64,000 bases of DNA, taken from positions 343 through 64,342 of the forward strand of contig JAJOJK010000015.1 in the NCBI GenBank assembly GCA_021208605.1, written 5' to 3'. Origin of the DNA: Candidatus Woesebacteria bacterium (GTDB taxonomy: Bacteria; Patescibacteriota; Microgenomatia; UBA1400; UBA1396). Both the position numbers and the translations under genes were made by a program. The notes under the pieces are model-generated. The model searched no databases. It was given only the letters and a program-made list of their open reading frames with translations, and was not told the origin of the DNA. Below, piece after piece: positions 39,326 through 48,393 of this stretch (its first letter is position 1; every line of letters begins with the position of its first letter).

Positions 39326-39816
39326 CATTGAAAAAAAAGTTAGTTAATGAGTGCGAAGTCATTAGAGATAACTGTGAATACATTGCTGAATCACATTATC
39401 TCTCAGCAAAACGAGCAGGGAAAACAAAGTACATCTTTGAAATAATTCCTGCTGGAGCATCAGCCATCAGTGGAATTTTAACAGGGTCTGGTGTTTTTCC
39501 TGAGTGGACTATTTGGTTTTCGGTTTTTACTGCAGCCATAGCAGCAATTTCTGGCGTTCTCGATCCATCAAAGAAACACAAAGAATTCAGTACCGCAGGT
39601 CATAATTTCACAGCTTTGAAGCATAAGGCAAGATTTTTAAAAGAAATCCTATCTGAAACTATGAGAGATGAAGAGTTAACTTTGGCAACCCAATCATTGC
39701 ATGAAGAATATACCACTACTATAAAGATGAGTCCTTTAACTGAAGAAGATATGTTCAAAAAGGGCTCAGAAAAAATAAAAGCAGGTGTTCACAAACAGGA
39801 TAATCCTGTTTTTTAG
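39322..39816 (+). CDS. SLATT-family two-TM effector
   Basis: ATGA overlap with the CD-NTase and GGAGG RBS; H...A followed by two hydrophobic helices, then AG..F..L. Confidence 0.8.
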   Translation: MTLKKKLVNECEVIRDNCEYIAESHYLSAKRAGKTKYIFEIIPAGASAISGILTGSGVFPEWTIWFSVFTAAIAAISGVLDPSKKHKEFSTAGHNFTALKHKARFLKEILSETMRDEELTLATQSLHEEYTTTIKMSPLTEEDMFKKGSEKIKAGVHKQDNPVF

Positions 39817-39847
39817 TTTGCTGAAATTCATTTTCTCTTAACCATTC

Positions 39848-39880
39848 CTTAAGCAAATCTTAAGATAAAGCAGGTATACT
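39848..39880 (+). promoter_or_regulatory. CTTAAG-N5-CTTAAG box 10 bp upstream of -10 TATACT
   Basis: CTTAAGCAAATCTTAAGAT, identical to the copy at 41578. Confidence 0.75.
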
Positions 39881-39888
39881 ATCTCCAA

Positions 39889-40566
39889 ATGAGGATTCTT
39901 TTAATTGAAGATGAACACAAGCTGGCTAATGCCATCAAAAGAGCTTTAGAACTTCAAAAGTACGCAGTTGATGTGGCGTACGAAGGCGAGGATGGTTTAA
40001 TTCTAGCCATCGGTGAAGAAGCCTACGATTTAATTATTTCAGACATAATGCTGCCTGGTATTGATGGTATAGAGCTTTGTCAAAAAATCAGGCAAGAGGG
40101 TATTCATACTCCGGTGTTAATGCTTACTGCAAAAGGTCAGATTCAAGACAAAGTTGCTGGACTGGATGGCGGAGCTGATGACTATATGGTGAAGCCATTT
40201 TCCTTTGATGAGTTGTTTGCTAGGGTAAGAGCTTTGATTCGCAGACCCAAAGGAGAACGTGATCCCGTGCTTAGTATTGGCGACCTCTATCTGGATCCAA
40301 TCAGTTTTAAAGTAACCAGAGCTGGCGAACCAATTGAACTTTCAACAAGGGAGTTTGCCTTAGTGGAATACCTTATGAGAAACCCCAACAAGGTGCATAG
40401 CAAAGAACAACTTATTGCTCACGTTTGGGATTATGACGCCAATGTTTTACCAGGAACAGTAGAGGTGCATATAAAAAATATCAGAGACAAGCTCGATACA
40501 CCTTTTCCAAACAAATTGATCCACACTGTTCGTGGATTTGGCTACGAAATGAGAGATAAAAGTTAA
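39889..40566 (+). CDS. OmpR-family response regulator
   Basis: LLIED, DIMLP, GADDYMVKPF, VRGFGY. Confidence 0.95.
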   Translation: MRILLIEDEHKLANAIKRALELQKYAVDVAYEGEDGLILAIGEEAYDLIISDIMLPGIDGIELCQKIRQEGIHTPVLMLTAKGQIQDKVAGLDGGADDYMVKPFSFDELFARVRALIRRPKGERDPVLSIGDLYLDPISFKVTRAGEPIELSTREFALVEYLMRNPNKVHSKEQLIAHVWDYDANVLPGTVEVHIKNIRDKLDTPFPNKLIHTVRGFGYEMRDKS

Positions 40567-40568
40567 TC

Positions 40569-41582
40569 ATGTTTAACCTAGCTCGACTCAAATTAACTGG
40601 TTGGTACTTGGTAATAATCTTCTTGATTAGTGGACTTTTCAGCGTAGCTTTTTATCAGACATCAACACGTGAGATTCAAAGAATCTTAACTCGTGTTCAG
40701 ATGATCGAAAAAGAGCGGCAAAGAAGATCTGGTGAGTTTCCTCTAGTCCCCCCACCAGGTGCTCCAAGCATTGAGGAGCTAGAAGCATCTAAACAACGCC
40801 TCTTTGTGAATCTAATCTTTATCAATGGATTTATCCTAGTTGTAGCAGGTGGAGCAGCGTATTTTTTGGCAGGTAAAACCCTAACTCCCATTAAAGCAAT
40901 GGTTGAAGAGCAAAACCAATTTATTACCAACTCATCTCACGAGTTGCGAACTCCAATATCCACGCTCCGTGCCGAGATGGAGGGCAGTCTACTTGAAAAG
41001 CAAATCTCAGATAAGCAAGCTCGCAAACTTATACAGTCAAATATTGAGGAGTTAGGCAAGTTGCAAAAGTTATCAGACAAACTACTACAGATTGCTAAGG
41101 TGCATAACATGTCTCAGAAAAATGGCCTTGCACTAACACCTGTATCAGAAGTGATCACTTCAGCATTAGAGCAAACCAATAAGCTAGCAAAAACAAATAG
41201 AATCACGGTAGATCTAGATACAGAAGAAGCTATTATTCAAGGTGATAAAGAAAGCCTGGTGGGATTGTTCGTTATATTGATTGAAAATGCTATCAAATAC
41301 AGTAAGCAAAACACCAAGCTACATATCACTGCCAAGAAGAAAAGTGGGACGGTGGAGATAGCTATAAAAGATTATGGCATCGGTATAACTAGTGAAGATA
41401 TACCGCACATTTTTGAACGATTCTACCGATCAGATAAGTCACGCTCACAGACAGAGGGTTTTGGTCTGGGGTTATCCATTGCTAAACAGGTAGTTGATAA
41501 ACACGGTGGTCATATTGAAGTCACGAGTATTCTGGGAAAAGGATCTACATTTACTGTTTCCCTTCCAATGGCTCAATCTTAA
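40569..41582 (+). CDS. membrane sensor histidine kinase
   Basis: Two TM helices, SHELRTP, ENAIKYS, DYGIGI, GFGLGL. Confidence 0.95.
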   Translation: MFNLARLKLTGWYLVIIFLISGLFSVAFYQTSTREIQRILTRVQMIEKERQRRSGEFPLVPPPGAPSIEELEASKQRLFVNLIFINGFILVVAGGAAYFLAGKTLTPIKAMVEEQNQFITNSSHELRTPISTLRAEMEGSLLEKQISDKQARKLIQSNIEELGKLQKLSDKLLQIAKVHNMSQKNGLALTPVSEVITSALEQTNKLAKTNRITVDLDTEEAIIQGDKESLVGLFVILIENAIKYSKQNTKLHITAKKKSGTVEIAIKDYGIGITSEDIPHIFERFYRSDKSRSQTEGFGLGLSIAKQVVDKHGGHIEVTSILGKGSTFTVSLPMAQS

Positions 41583-41610
41583 GCAAATCTTAAGATTCTT
41601 TTTCTACAAT
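41578..41610 (+). promoter_or_regulatory. second CTTAAG-N5-CTTAAG box 10 bp upstream of -10 TACAAT
   Basis: Same 19-mer and spacing as the 39848 box. Confidence 0.75.
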
Positions 41611-41619
41611 ACCTTGGTT

Positions 41620-43020
41620 ATGAGTAAAAATCGTTTTAAAAGTGTGGTGAAAACTGTGTCTCAGCACAAGCTGTTTACCTCACTAAAAAAATATAGTGCA
41701 GTATCTTCCTGGAAAGTTAAATTTGTTGTCCTATTACTTTTAGTAGGTGCTGTTTTTGGTGCATGGAAAGTATTTGGTACTTCTAATCAAACAGAAACAA
41801 CGTATCAAACTGAGGTAGCTGAGAGTGGGACACTCATCTCTTCTATCGCTGGGTCAGGAACTATTACCTCTGGCAACTATACTAATGTAACTACAAAGAC
41901 TTCAGGAGTAGTAACTAAAGTTTACGTAACTAACGGAGACACAGTTACTAAGGGTCAGAAAATTGCAGAAGTCCAACTTGATGATTATGCTCGTGAACGC
42001 CAATCTACAGCTTGGGTAGCATACCTTGAGGCAAAAGAAGCCTACCTAGCTGCGGTTAGTGGTAAATCAGAAGCTGATATTGCTATGTGGCAAGCAAGAC
42101 AAGATGTTGTTGATGCACAAGAGGCTTTGGACGATCTTAATGACGGTGGCGACAATCCTGCGACAGGTGAAGAGTACACCGACAGTGAACGAGCCATTAT
42201 TCCCAAGACTCTTGAGCAAAAAAGAGAAGCGTTTACTGCAGTAGAAGCTAAATATCTTAATGCTGATGCCGATATCTCAAAGGCAAGTGCCAAAGTAACT
42301 GCAGCTCTCAGAGATTACCAAGAAAACTCATCTACTATTGTTGCTCCTGCTGATGGTGAAATTACAGACCTTGCTTTAGCAGAGGGGATCATAGTGTCTG
42401 CCAGTTCAGCTACTTCCCAAACAAGCGGAGCTACCATCGTTTCTGCTCAAACCGTGGGTAAAGTAAATGACTCTGATGGTCAACTGATTGCTACAGTTAA
42501 TTTAACTGAAATAGACATAATCAATGTTAAAGCGAATCAAAAAGTAACTATCACTCTAGATGCATACGAAGACAAAACGTTTACTGGTAAGGTCATGGCT
42601 GTTAATACCAGCGGTAATATTTCTTCTGGTGTCACTTCGTATCCAGTGACCGTCCTGCTTGATCCTGTGTCTGTAGATGTGTATCCAAATATGGCGGTCA
42701 GTGTAGAAATTATTACTGATATAGCTACCGACGTTATAACTGTACCAAACAGTGCTATTCAGACTGTAGGGGACCAAAGTGTTGTTCAAGTAATGAAAGA
42801 CGGTGAGGTAGTAAATACTACTGTTGTGCTTGGTATTTCCAATGATTCTGAAACTGTTATTACATCAGGAATTAACGTAGGTGACGAGATAGTAACCGCC
42901 ACAATTACAACAAACAATAATGAGCAGGATGATGAAAGCTCACCTTTCAGCGGTAGTAGTTTTGGTGGAGGCGGTGGAGGCAGAGGTGGCTTTAGTGGTG
43001 GACCTCCTGGTGGATTTTAG
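41620..43020 (+). CDS. MacA-like membrane fusion/periplasmic adaptor protein
   Basis: TM anchor, G.V.KVYV.NGD.V.KGQ, I.APADG.I, E.DI..VK..QKV.I..DA, Gly-rich tail. Confidence 0.9.
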   Translation: MSKNRFKSVVKTVSQHKLFTSLKKYSAVSSWKVKFVVLLLLVGAVFGAWKVFGTSNQTETTYQTEVAESGTLISSIAGSGTITSGNYTNVTTKTSGVVTKVYVTNGDTVTKGQKIAEVQLDDYARERQSTAWVAYLEAKEAYLAAVSGKSEADIAMWQARQDVVDAQEALDDLNDGGDNPATGEEYTDSERAIIPKTLEQKREAFTAVEAKYLNADADISKASAKVTAALRDYQENSSTIVAPADGEITDLALAEGIIVSASSATSQTSGATIVSAQTVGKVNDSDGQLIATVNLTEIDIINVKANQKVTITLDAYEDKTFTGKVMAVNTSGNISSGVTSYPVTVLLDPVSVDVYPNMAVSVEIITDIATDVITVPNSAIQTVGDQSVVQVMKDGEVVNTTVVLGISNDSETVITSGINVGDEIVTATITTNNNEQDDESSPFSGSSFGGGGGGRGGFSGGPPGGF

Positions 43021-43024
43021 ATAG

Positions 43025-43747
43025 ATGCATATGCCAAAGCCAATTATTGATGTCAGCCATTTATCAAAGATTTACAAAACAGGTGATATTGAAGTTAAAG
43101 CCTTGTCAGATGTTTCCATACAGATTCAAGAGGGTGAGTTCGTAGCTATCATGGGTTCATCTGGTTCAGGCAAGTCAACCTTGATGCACATACTAGGTGC
43201 GTTAGATAAGCCAACGAGTGGTACGTACTTCCTTGATGGTCATAATGTCGAGTCTTTGTCAGATGATGATTTGGCTGATATTAGAAACAGGAAGATTGGA
43301 TTCGTATTTCAAGCGTTTAACTTACTAGCTCGAACTTCTGCAATTGATAACGTCAAACTTCCAATGGAATATGCTGAGATTTCAGATAGTGTTCAAGAAA
43401 AGAAAGCGACTGAGGTATTAGAACGAGTCGGCTTGAGCGACAGAATGGATCACACTCCAAACAAACTCTCTGGCGGACAACAACAACGTGTAGCTATAGC
43501 CCGAGCTTTAGTCATGGAGCCCGCCATTATTTTGGCCGATGAACCAACTGGCAACATTGCCTCAACACAGGCTGAAGAAGTGATGGCAATCTTTCAGGAA
43601 CTAAATAAGCAAGGTCACACCATAGTAATGATTACTCACGAAGAAGATATTGCTGACCATGCAAAAAGAGTTATCCATTTATTCGATGGTGTGATTCGCA
43701 GTGACAAAAGTAACAAAAAACAAAAAATAGCACGGCTCAAATCATGA
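43025..43747 (+). CDS. ABC transporter ATP-binding protein (MacB/LolD-like)
   Basis: [30 protein letters not shown]. Confidence 0.96.
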   Translation: MHMPKPIIDVSHLSKIYKTGDIEVKALSDVSIQIQEGEFVAIMGSSGSGKSTLMHILGALDKPTSGTYFLDGHNVESLSDDDLADIRNRKIGFVFQAFNLLARTSAIDNVKLPMEYAEISDSVQEKKATEVLERVGLSDRMDHTPNKLSGGQQQRVAIARALVMEPAIILADEPTGNIASTQAEEVMAIFQELNKQGHTIVMITHEEDIADHAKRVIHLFDGVIRSDKSNKKQKIARLKS

Positions 43748-44967
43748 AGTTTTCTAAATTAGTCCTCAATGGTTTTAAGAGTTTGACCGTTAACAAAATG
43801 CGAACGGGATTAGCTGTATTGGGAATTGTGATTGGTATTGGAAGCGTGATTGCATTGGTCTCAATGGGTGAGGCTAGCAAGCTTTCAGTTCAATCACAGA
43901 TTCAATCAATTGGGTCAAATCTATTAACTATATCTCCAGGGGCACAAACAAGTGGTGGCGTTCGTGGTGCACAAGGTGGTGCTACAACACTAACAAACGA
44001 TGACGCCGAAGCAATAAAAACTTCTGCTGAGGTAACCACTGTAAAAAGTGTTTCACCAGAATACTCTAGCCGTGCCCAAGTTATAGCGGGAAGAAACAAT
44101 ACAAATAGCCAGATTGTAGGTGTTGAGCCTGCCTATGTTGATGTCAGAAAGATAGAGGTAACAGCTGGTTCTTTTATTACTGACTCACAATTAACAAGGA
44201 ACTCCAAAGTAGCCGTATTAGGACCATCTGTAGCTGAAGATCTATTTGGAGAGGGTGTTAATCCCATCGATCAGAAAATAAAAATTAACGGCAATGAGTT
44301 TCAAGTAATTGGTATTACTAAATCAAAAGGTGGAAGTGGGCCAACTAGCACTGATGACTATATTTTTGTGCCACTCACTACTGCTCAAAAACAACTTTTC
44401 GGTGCTAAGCATCTGACATCAATTGCTTTGGAAGCTACAAGTGAAAACGTGATGACTCGTGCTCAAAACCAAGTGGGCTATTTACTTTTAGCGAGGCATG
44501 GATTTTCAGATCCAAGTGAAGCTGATTTTAGAATTAGCTCTCAGGAAGATTTGCTAGAAACAATCACTTCAGTTACAGGGACATTTACTACCCTTTTAAG
44601 TGGTGTGGCTGCTATTTCCTTGTTGGTTGGTGGTATTGGCATTATGAATATCATGTTGATGTCTGTTACTGAAAGAACTAGAGAAATTGGTTTAAGAAAA
44701 GCTTTGGGTGCAAAGAAAAAATCTATCATTCAACAATTTTTAATAGAGTCAATAATTCTCACTTTTACTGGTGGTGTAATTGGTGTTGTGCTCGGTATTG
44801 CAGGTTTTTATGTATATGCTCAAGTAAATGGGTCGCAATTTGTGGTGACCGCTGAATCTGTAGTATTAGCGTTCTCAGTATCTGTAGGTATCGGAATCTT
44901 GTTTGGTTGGTATCCAGCTAATCAAGCAGCCAACCTACAACCTATCGATGCACTTAAATATGAATAA
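43744..44967 (+). CDS. MacB/FtsX-like ABC permease
   Basis: LGIVIGIGSVI, VGGIGIMNIM..SVTERTREIGLRKALGA, YPA..AA.L.PIDAL. Confidence 0.95.
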   Translation: MKFSKLVLNGFKSLTVNKMRTGLAVLGIVIGIGSVIALVSMGEASKLSVQSQIQSIGSNLLTISPGAQTSGGVRGAQGGATTLTNDDAEAIKTSAEVTTVKSVSPEYSSRAQVIAGRNNTNSQIVGVEPAYVDVRKIEVTAGSFITDSQLTRNSKVAVLGPSVAEDLFGEGVNPIDQKIKINGNEFQVIGITKSKGGSGPTSTDDYIFVPLTTAQKQLFGAKHLTSIALEATSENVMTRAQNQVGYLLLARHGFSDPSEADFRISSQEDLLETITSVTGTFTTLLSGVAAISLLVGGIGIMNIMLMSVTERTREIGLRKALGAKKKSIIQQFLIESIILTFTGGVIGVVLGIAGFYVYAQVNGSQFVVTAESVVLAFSVSVGIGILFGWYPANQAANLQPIDALKYE

Positions 44968-44997
44968 AAAAATAGTACTAAAAGGAGGTACAAAGGT

Positions 44998-45474
44998 ATG
45001 AAAAATAATATGATGATGGTGGTTGTAGTCGCCATAGTCGCCGGCGGTGCTGGTTTCTTCGGTGGCATGCAATACCAAAAAGCTAATGCCATACCAACTA
45101 GATCTGCTGGCATGAACGGTCAGTTCCAACCACCAACAAATGGTCAAGCAAGACCAGAAGGATTTGCTGGTGGCAGAAATGGCACTGGATCAGGTGGAGG
45201 TTTCAGACCTGTTAGCGGTGAAGTGTTGAGTGTAGATGGTGAAACAATCACTGTTAAGACACAGGAAGGTGACAGCAAAATAGTTGTCTATTCAGGCTCT
45301 ACAAATATCAACAAAACTTCTGAGGGATCATCTTCTGATCTTACTGTCGGTGAAAATGTGATGGTTATTGGCACAGAAGATAGTAATGGGACAGTCACAG
45401 CCCAAACAATTTCTATTGGAGGCAGTGACCTCTTTAGAGGAACTCCAGGTGGACAACCACCAGTTGCAAACTAA
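44998..45474 (+). CDS. exported OB-fold (DUF5666-like) protein
   Basis: AGFFGGMQY, G.V.S....ITVK, DL.VG..V.V.G..D..G..TA..I. Confidence 0.7.
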   Translation: MKNNMMMVVVVAIVAGGAGFFGGMQYQKANAIPTRSAGMNGQFQPPTNGQARPEGFAGGRNGTGSGGGFRPVSGEVLSVDGETITVKTQEGDSKIVVYSGSTNINKTSEGSSSDLTVGENVMVIGTEDSNGTVTAQTISIGGSDLFRGTPGGQPPVAN

Positions 45475-45492
45475 TTAAATAGTTTTTAGAAG

Positions 45493-45540
45493 AACACCAA
45501 GTGGTACGTGGAAACATATTGCTACTTGGTGTTTTATTTT
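45493..45540 (+). terminator. hairpin terminator
   Basis: AACACCAAGT...ACTTGGTGTT followed by a T-rich run. Confidence 0.65.
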
Positions 45541-45545
45541 TTATA

Positions 45546-45593
45546 GTTCGGATAAAATCCCACAGGGGGAGCTACAAAATATCTTATCCGAAC
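45546..45593. repeat. att site with core GGGGGAGC and both inverted arms
   Basis: GTTCGGATAA-aatcccaca-GGGGGAGC-tacaaaatatc-TTATCCGAAC. Confidence 0.85.
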
Positions 45594-45598
45594 CTCAT

Positions 45599-45627
45599 AG
45601 ACTTGCCCTAAAAGGCAGGTCTTTTTT
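45599..45627 (+). terminator. rho-independent terminator
   Basis: AGACTTGCC-ctaaaa-GGCAGGTCT followed by a T-run. Confidence 0.7.
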
Positions 45628-45673
45628 GTTGTAGAATTGCCGAAGGAGAAACCTCATTTGGAAACACTCAGAC

Positions 45674-46063
45674 ATGAATCCCACTATTAAGCACCTAGAC
45701 TACACCTACAAAAAACCAGACACAGATATCTGGGTGCTTAATACAAGCGATATTCCTGTCAGTAATGAATCAATCCATGATATACAACTTGTTCATCTAG
45801 CACCTGAGAGTGTCGGTGGAAATCATAAACACCCTCGTACAGAATGGTTCATTGGCATTGGGGATCTTTTATTCATCTGGCTTGATGATGAAGGTAACAC
45901 TCATCAGGAACATATGCATCCTGATGGTCAAATCATTCTGATTACAGTTCCGCCATATTTACCTCATGCAGTAGCAAACGTATCACCAGATAAAGTCGGT
46001 ATCCTGTACGAAATGGCTGATGGGAAGATGAAAGATGTAGAGGCAGTCAAAGTATATGAATGA
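45674..46063 (+). CDS. cupin-fold protein
   Basis: GGNHKHPRTEWF...VPPYLPHAV.N. Confidence 0.75.
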   Translation: MNPTIKHLDYTYKKPDTDIWVLNTSDIPVSNESIHDIQLVHLAPESVGGNHKHPRTEWFIGIGDLLFIWLDDEGNTHQEHMHPDGQIILITVPPYLPHAVANVSPDKVGILYEMADGKMKDVEAVKVYE

Positions 46064-46524
46064 TAAAGAAGTTTTACGCCAAATAAAAAAAATTTATTAC
46101 ATCGAAATATCAGATGGTTTTAGCCACCTATGGTGAACATCCTTGGATCGCAACTTTATATTATTCTTCCGATGAGGAGCTAAATGTATATTTCTTGAGT
46201 AACCCAGAAACGCTGCATTGTAAACAGATTGTAGAAAATCCACATGTTGCGCTAAGTATTGCTGATTCACCACAAGAACCTTCCTCTAAGAAAAAAGGTA
46301 TACAAATTTATGGCTTAGCGGAACAAATTTCAGATTAACAGAAAATCATTCACGCCCTATCTCTTTGGAGAAAAACACTCAATGTAACCAGTGAAGCATA
46401 TACATATGAAGGGATGATGAAGAAGCTAATAGACGGCAGAATGTACAAAGTTACACCCAAAAAAATCAAGTTCTTCAATCAAGAAATTTGGGAGGAGGGC
46501 GAAGAGCCTTTTATTGAATTATGA
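46056..46524 (+). pseudogene. pyridoxamine 5'-phosphate oxidase-like protein with two lesions
   Basis: MVLAT..PW, T.HC.QI..NPHVA..I, GIQ..G; +1 A in the A8 run 46085-92 and in-frame TAA at 46336. Confidence 0.75.
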
Positions 46525-47249
46525 AAAACGCCATTGTCACAGGAGCAAGTACAGGAATAGGGAGAGCTACCGCCATCAAAATGGCAGAAGCTGGCTATCA
46601 CGTTTTTCTTGTGGCTCGAACGAAAGAGAAACTTGAAGAAACTGCCAGTTTGATAAAAGAAAAAGGCGGAACATCAACCGTTGTACCAACTGATCTTAGC
46701 GATTTGGACCAAGTAAATACTTTGATTCAATCAATGCAAGACCAAGCAGAATCAATTGATGCCATTATCAACATTGCTGGCATCTGGCATGGTAAAGACG
46801 AAGTATTTGCAGGAACCGATTACCAAGACTTTGACCAACAAGTAATTTTGGACACCTATACCGTAGGTTTCACTGTTCCTTCACTGTTAATTCATGGTTT
46901 GCTGCCAAAAATGGGACCAAAGTCTAAGATTGTGAATCTATCAGGAACATTTGAAAACGGTGGGAAAGGTTGGCTGCCATATTACGCCTCAAAGCGAGCT
47001 TTGGAGGATCTTACAGTTGGCTTGTCACAAGAACTGGAAGATAGGAACATTCAAGTGAATGCAGTTTCTCCTTCTGATACCGCCACCGAGGCGTATGCCA
47101 AGTATTTTCCTCAGTACATGGATGAAGCAATTAGCCCTGAAAAGATAGCTGAACAAATTGTTATGCTTTGTCGAGAAGATAACACGACAACAGGAAAAGT
47201 ATTTGTAATGAAGCAAGGCAAAGAGCCATTTGAAAGGTTTCATTACTAA
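46521..47249 (+). CDS. short-chain dehydrogenase/reductase
   Basis: VTGASTGIG, NIAG, YYASK. Confidence 0.93.
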   Translation: MKNAIVTGASTGIGRATAIKMAEAGYHVFLVARTKEKLEETASLIKEKGGTSTVVPTDLSDLDQVNTLIQSMQDQAESIDAIINIAGIWHGKDEVFAGTDYQDFDQQVILDTYTVGFTVPSLLIHGLLPKMGPKSKIVNLSGTFENGGKGWLPYYASKRALEDLTVGLSQELEDRNIQVNAVSPSDTATEAYAKYFPQYMDEAISPEKIAEQIVMLCREDNTTTGKVFVMKQGKEPFERFHY

Positions 47250-47259
47250 GGAAATATTT

Positions 47260-48102
47260 ATGACGCAACCAAAGGCAAGAAAAGACCATATCGGCGTAGG
47301 CGTTGGAGCACTTATTTTCAACGATGAGGGTCATTTGTTGCTCACACTCAGAGGAGAAAAGGCCAAAAACGAGCGAGGTAAGTGGGAAATACCAGGTGGT
47401 GCAGTTGAGTTTGGAGAAACTATTGAACAGGCTCTCAAACGAGAAATCAAAGAAGAGTTGGATATTGAGATTGAAGTGACAGAAATGTTGCAGCTTTGTG
47501 ACCATATTATTCCTGATGAAGATCAACATTGGGTGTCACCTACTTATATTTGTAAGATCATTGATGGTGAACCCAGGAATCTAGAACCTGGAAAGTGTGA
47601 TGAAATCGGATGGTTTAGTTTAGAGGATGCTGAAAAGCTTCCATTATCTATAGTAACTAAACATGACATTGCCATTCTCAAAAAAAGAGAGCATCAAGAA
47701 AATATTGGCTGTGCAGTCATAGTCCAGGATAGAGATGGCAAGGTCCTTTTGGGAAAAAGAAAGAATGCTTACAGATCTGGTATGTATGGTTTACCAGGTG
47801 GCAGAATAGACCGTGATGAGAAAGCAATTGCTGCTGCTAAAAGAGAACTTCTCGAAGAAACTGGCCTAAAAGCTAAATCTCTTGAATATGTAGGGGTCAT
47901 TAAAGAATGGCAAGACAGCTATAACTTTATCCACTTTATGTATCTTTGTAATGATTGGGAAGGCAACGTTCAACTTGTAGAGCCAGAAAAATGTGAGAGC
48001 TGGGAGTGGTTTGATTTAGATAATTTACCAGAAGATGTGTTGCCTGGGCATTTTCAGGGAATTGAATTATTAATAAGTGAAAGTGGAATGATTGATGTCT
48101 AA
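47260..48102 (+). CDS. tandem double-NUDIX hydrolase
   Basis: Two Nudix boxes: PGGAVEFGE...REIKEE and PGGRID..E...RELLEETG. Confidence 0.92.
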   Translation: MTQPKARKDHIGVGVGALIFNDEGHLLLTLRGEKAKNERGKWEIPGGAVEFGETIEQALKREIKEELDIEIEVTEMLQLCDHIIPDEDQHWVSPTYICKIIDGEPRNLEPGKCDEIGWFSLEDAEKLPLSIVTKHDIAILKKREHQENIGCAVIVQDRDGKVLLGKRKNAYRSGMYGLPGGRIDRDEKAIAAAKRELLEETGLKAKSLEYVGVIKEWQDSYNFIHFMYLCNDWEGNVQLVEPEKCESWEWFDLDNLPEDVLPGHFQGIELLISESGMIDV

Positions 48103-48104
48103 TA

Positions 48105-48206
48105 TATGGTACTCACTTTATTGCACTCCCAGCAAAAGTACGAAAACAAGAACACTGCGAACCAGGTGATGCTATTGAAGTAAGCTTTGTACTCAGAAAT
48201 CGATAG
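48105..48206 (+). pseudogene. C-terminal fragment of a DUF1905-like protein
   Basis: YGTHFIALPAKVRKQEHCEPGDAIEVSF with no start codon. Confidence 0.55.
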
Positions 48207-48242
48207 TCAGTGCCACAGAACTGACACTCGAACTTATAAAAA

Positions 48243-48391
48243 GTTTACATTAAAGATTACATTCTATTTTCTGTGTTTACATTGTGTATATACTATGGTT
48301 ACTAGTGTTTACACTACTGTTGACAGTACTCTATTGATAGTTTACATTAGAGGTTACATTAATAAAAAAATTGTTTACATTAGAGGTTGCA
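48243..48391 (+). repeat. phased GTTTACA repeat array
   Basis: GTTTACA at 48243, 48275, 48307, 48340, 48373 with degenerate copies at ~11-bp intervals. Confidence 0.75.
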
Positions 48392-48393
48392 AT

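Larger units (their letters stand above)
29321..45572. mobile_element. integrated satellite-like/integrative element (~16.2 kb) at the tRNA-Asn 3' end
   Basis: Direct-repeat core GGGGGAGC at 29321-28 and 45565-72; arms TTATCCGAAC (29339-48) and GTTCGGATAA (45546-55) are inverted relative to each other; recombinase and replication genes inside; AT-rich. Confidence 0.85.

Noticed and set aside
29321-45572. Complete prophage or conjugative ICE
   Set aside because: No recognisable terminase large subunit, portal, capsid, tail, relaxase or T4SS genes
48243-48391. Regularly spaced repeats as a CRISPR array
   Set aside because: Repeats are only 7-16 nt and degenerate, spacers are self-similar, and no cas genes are present
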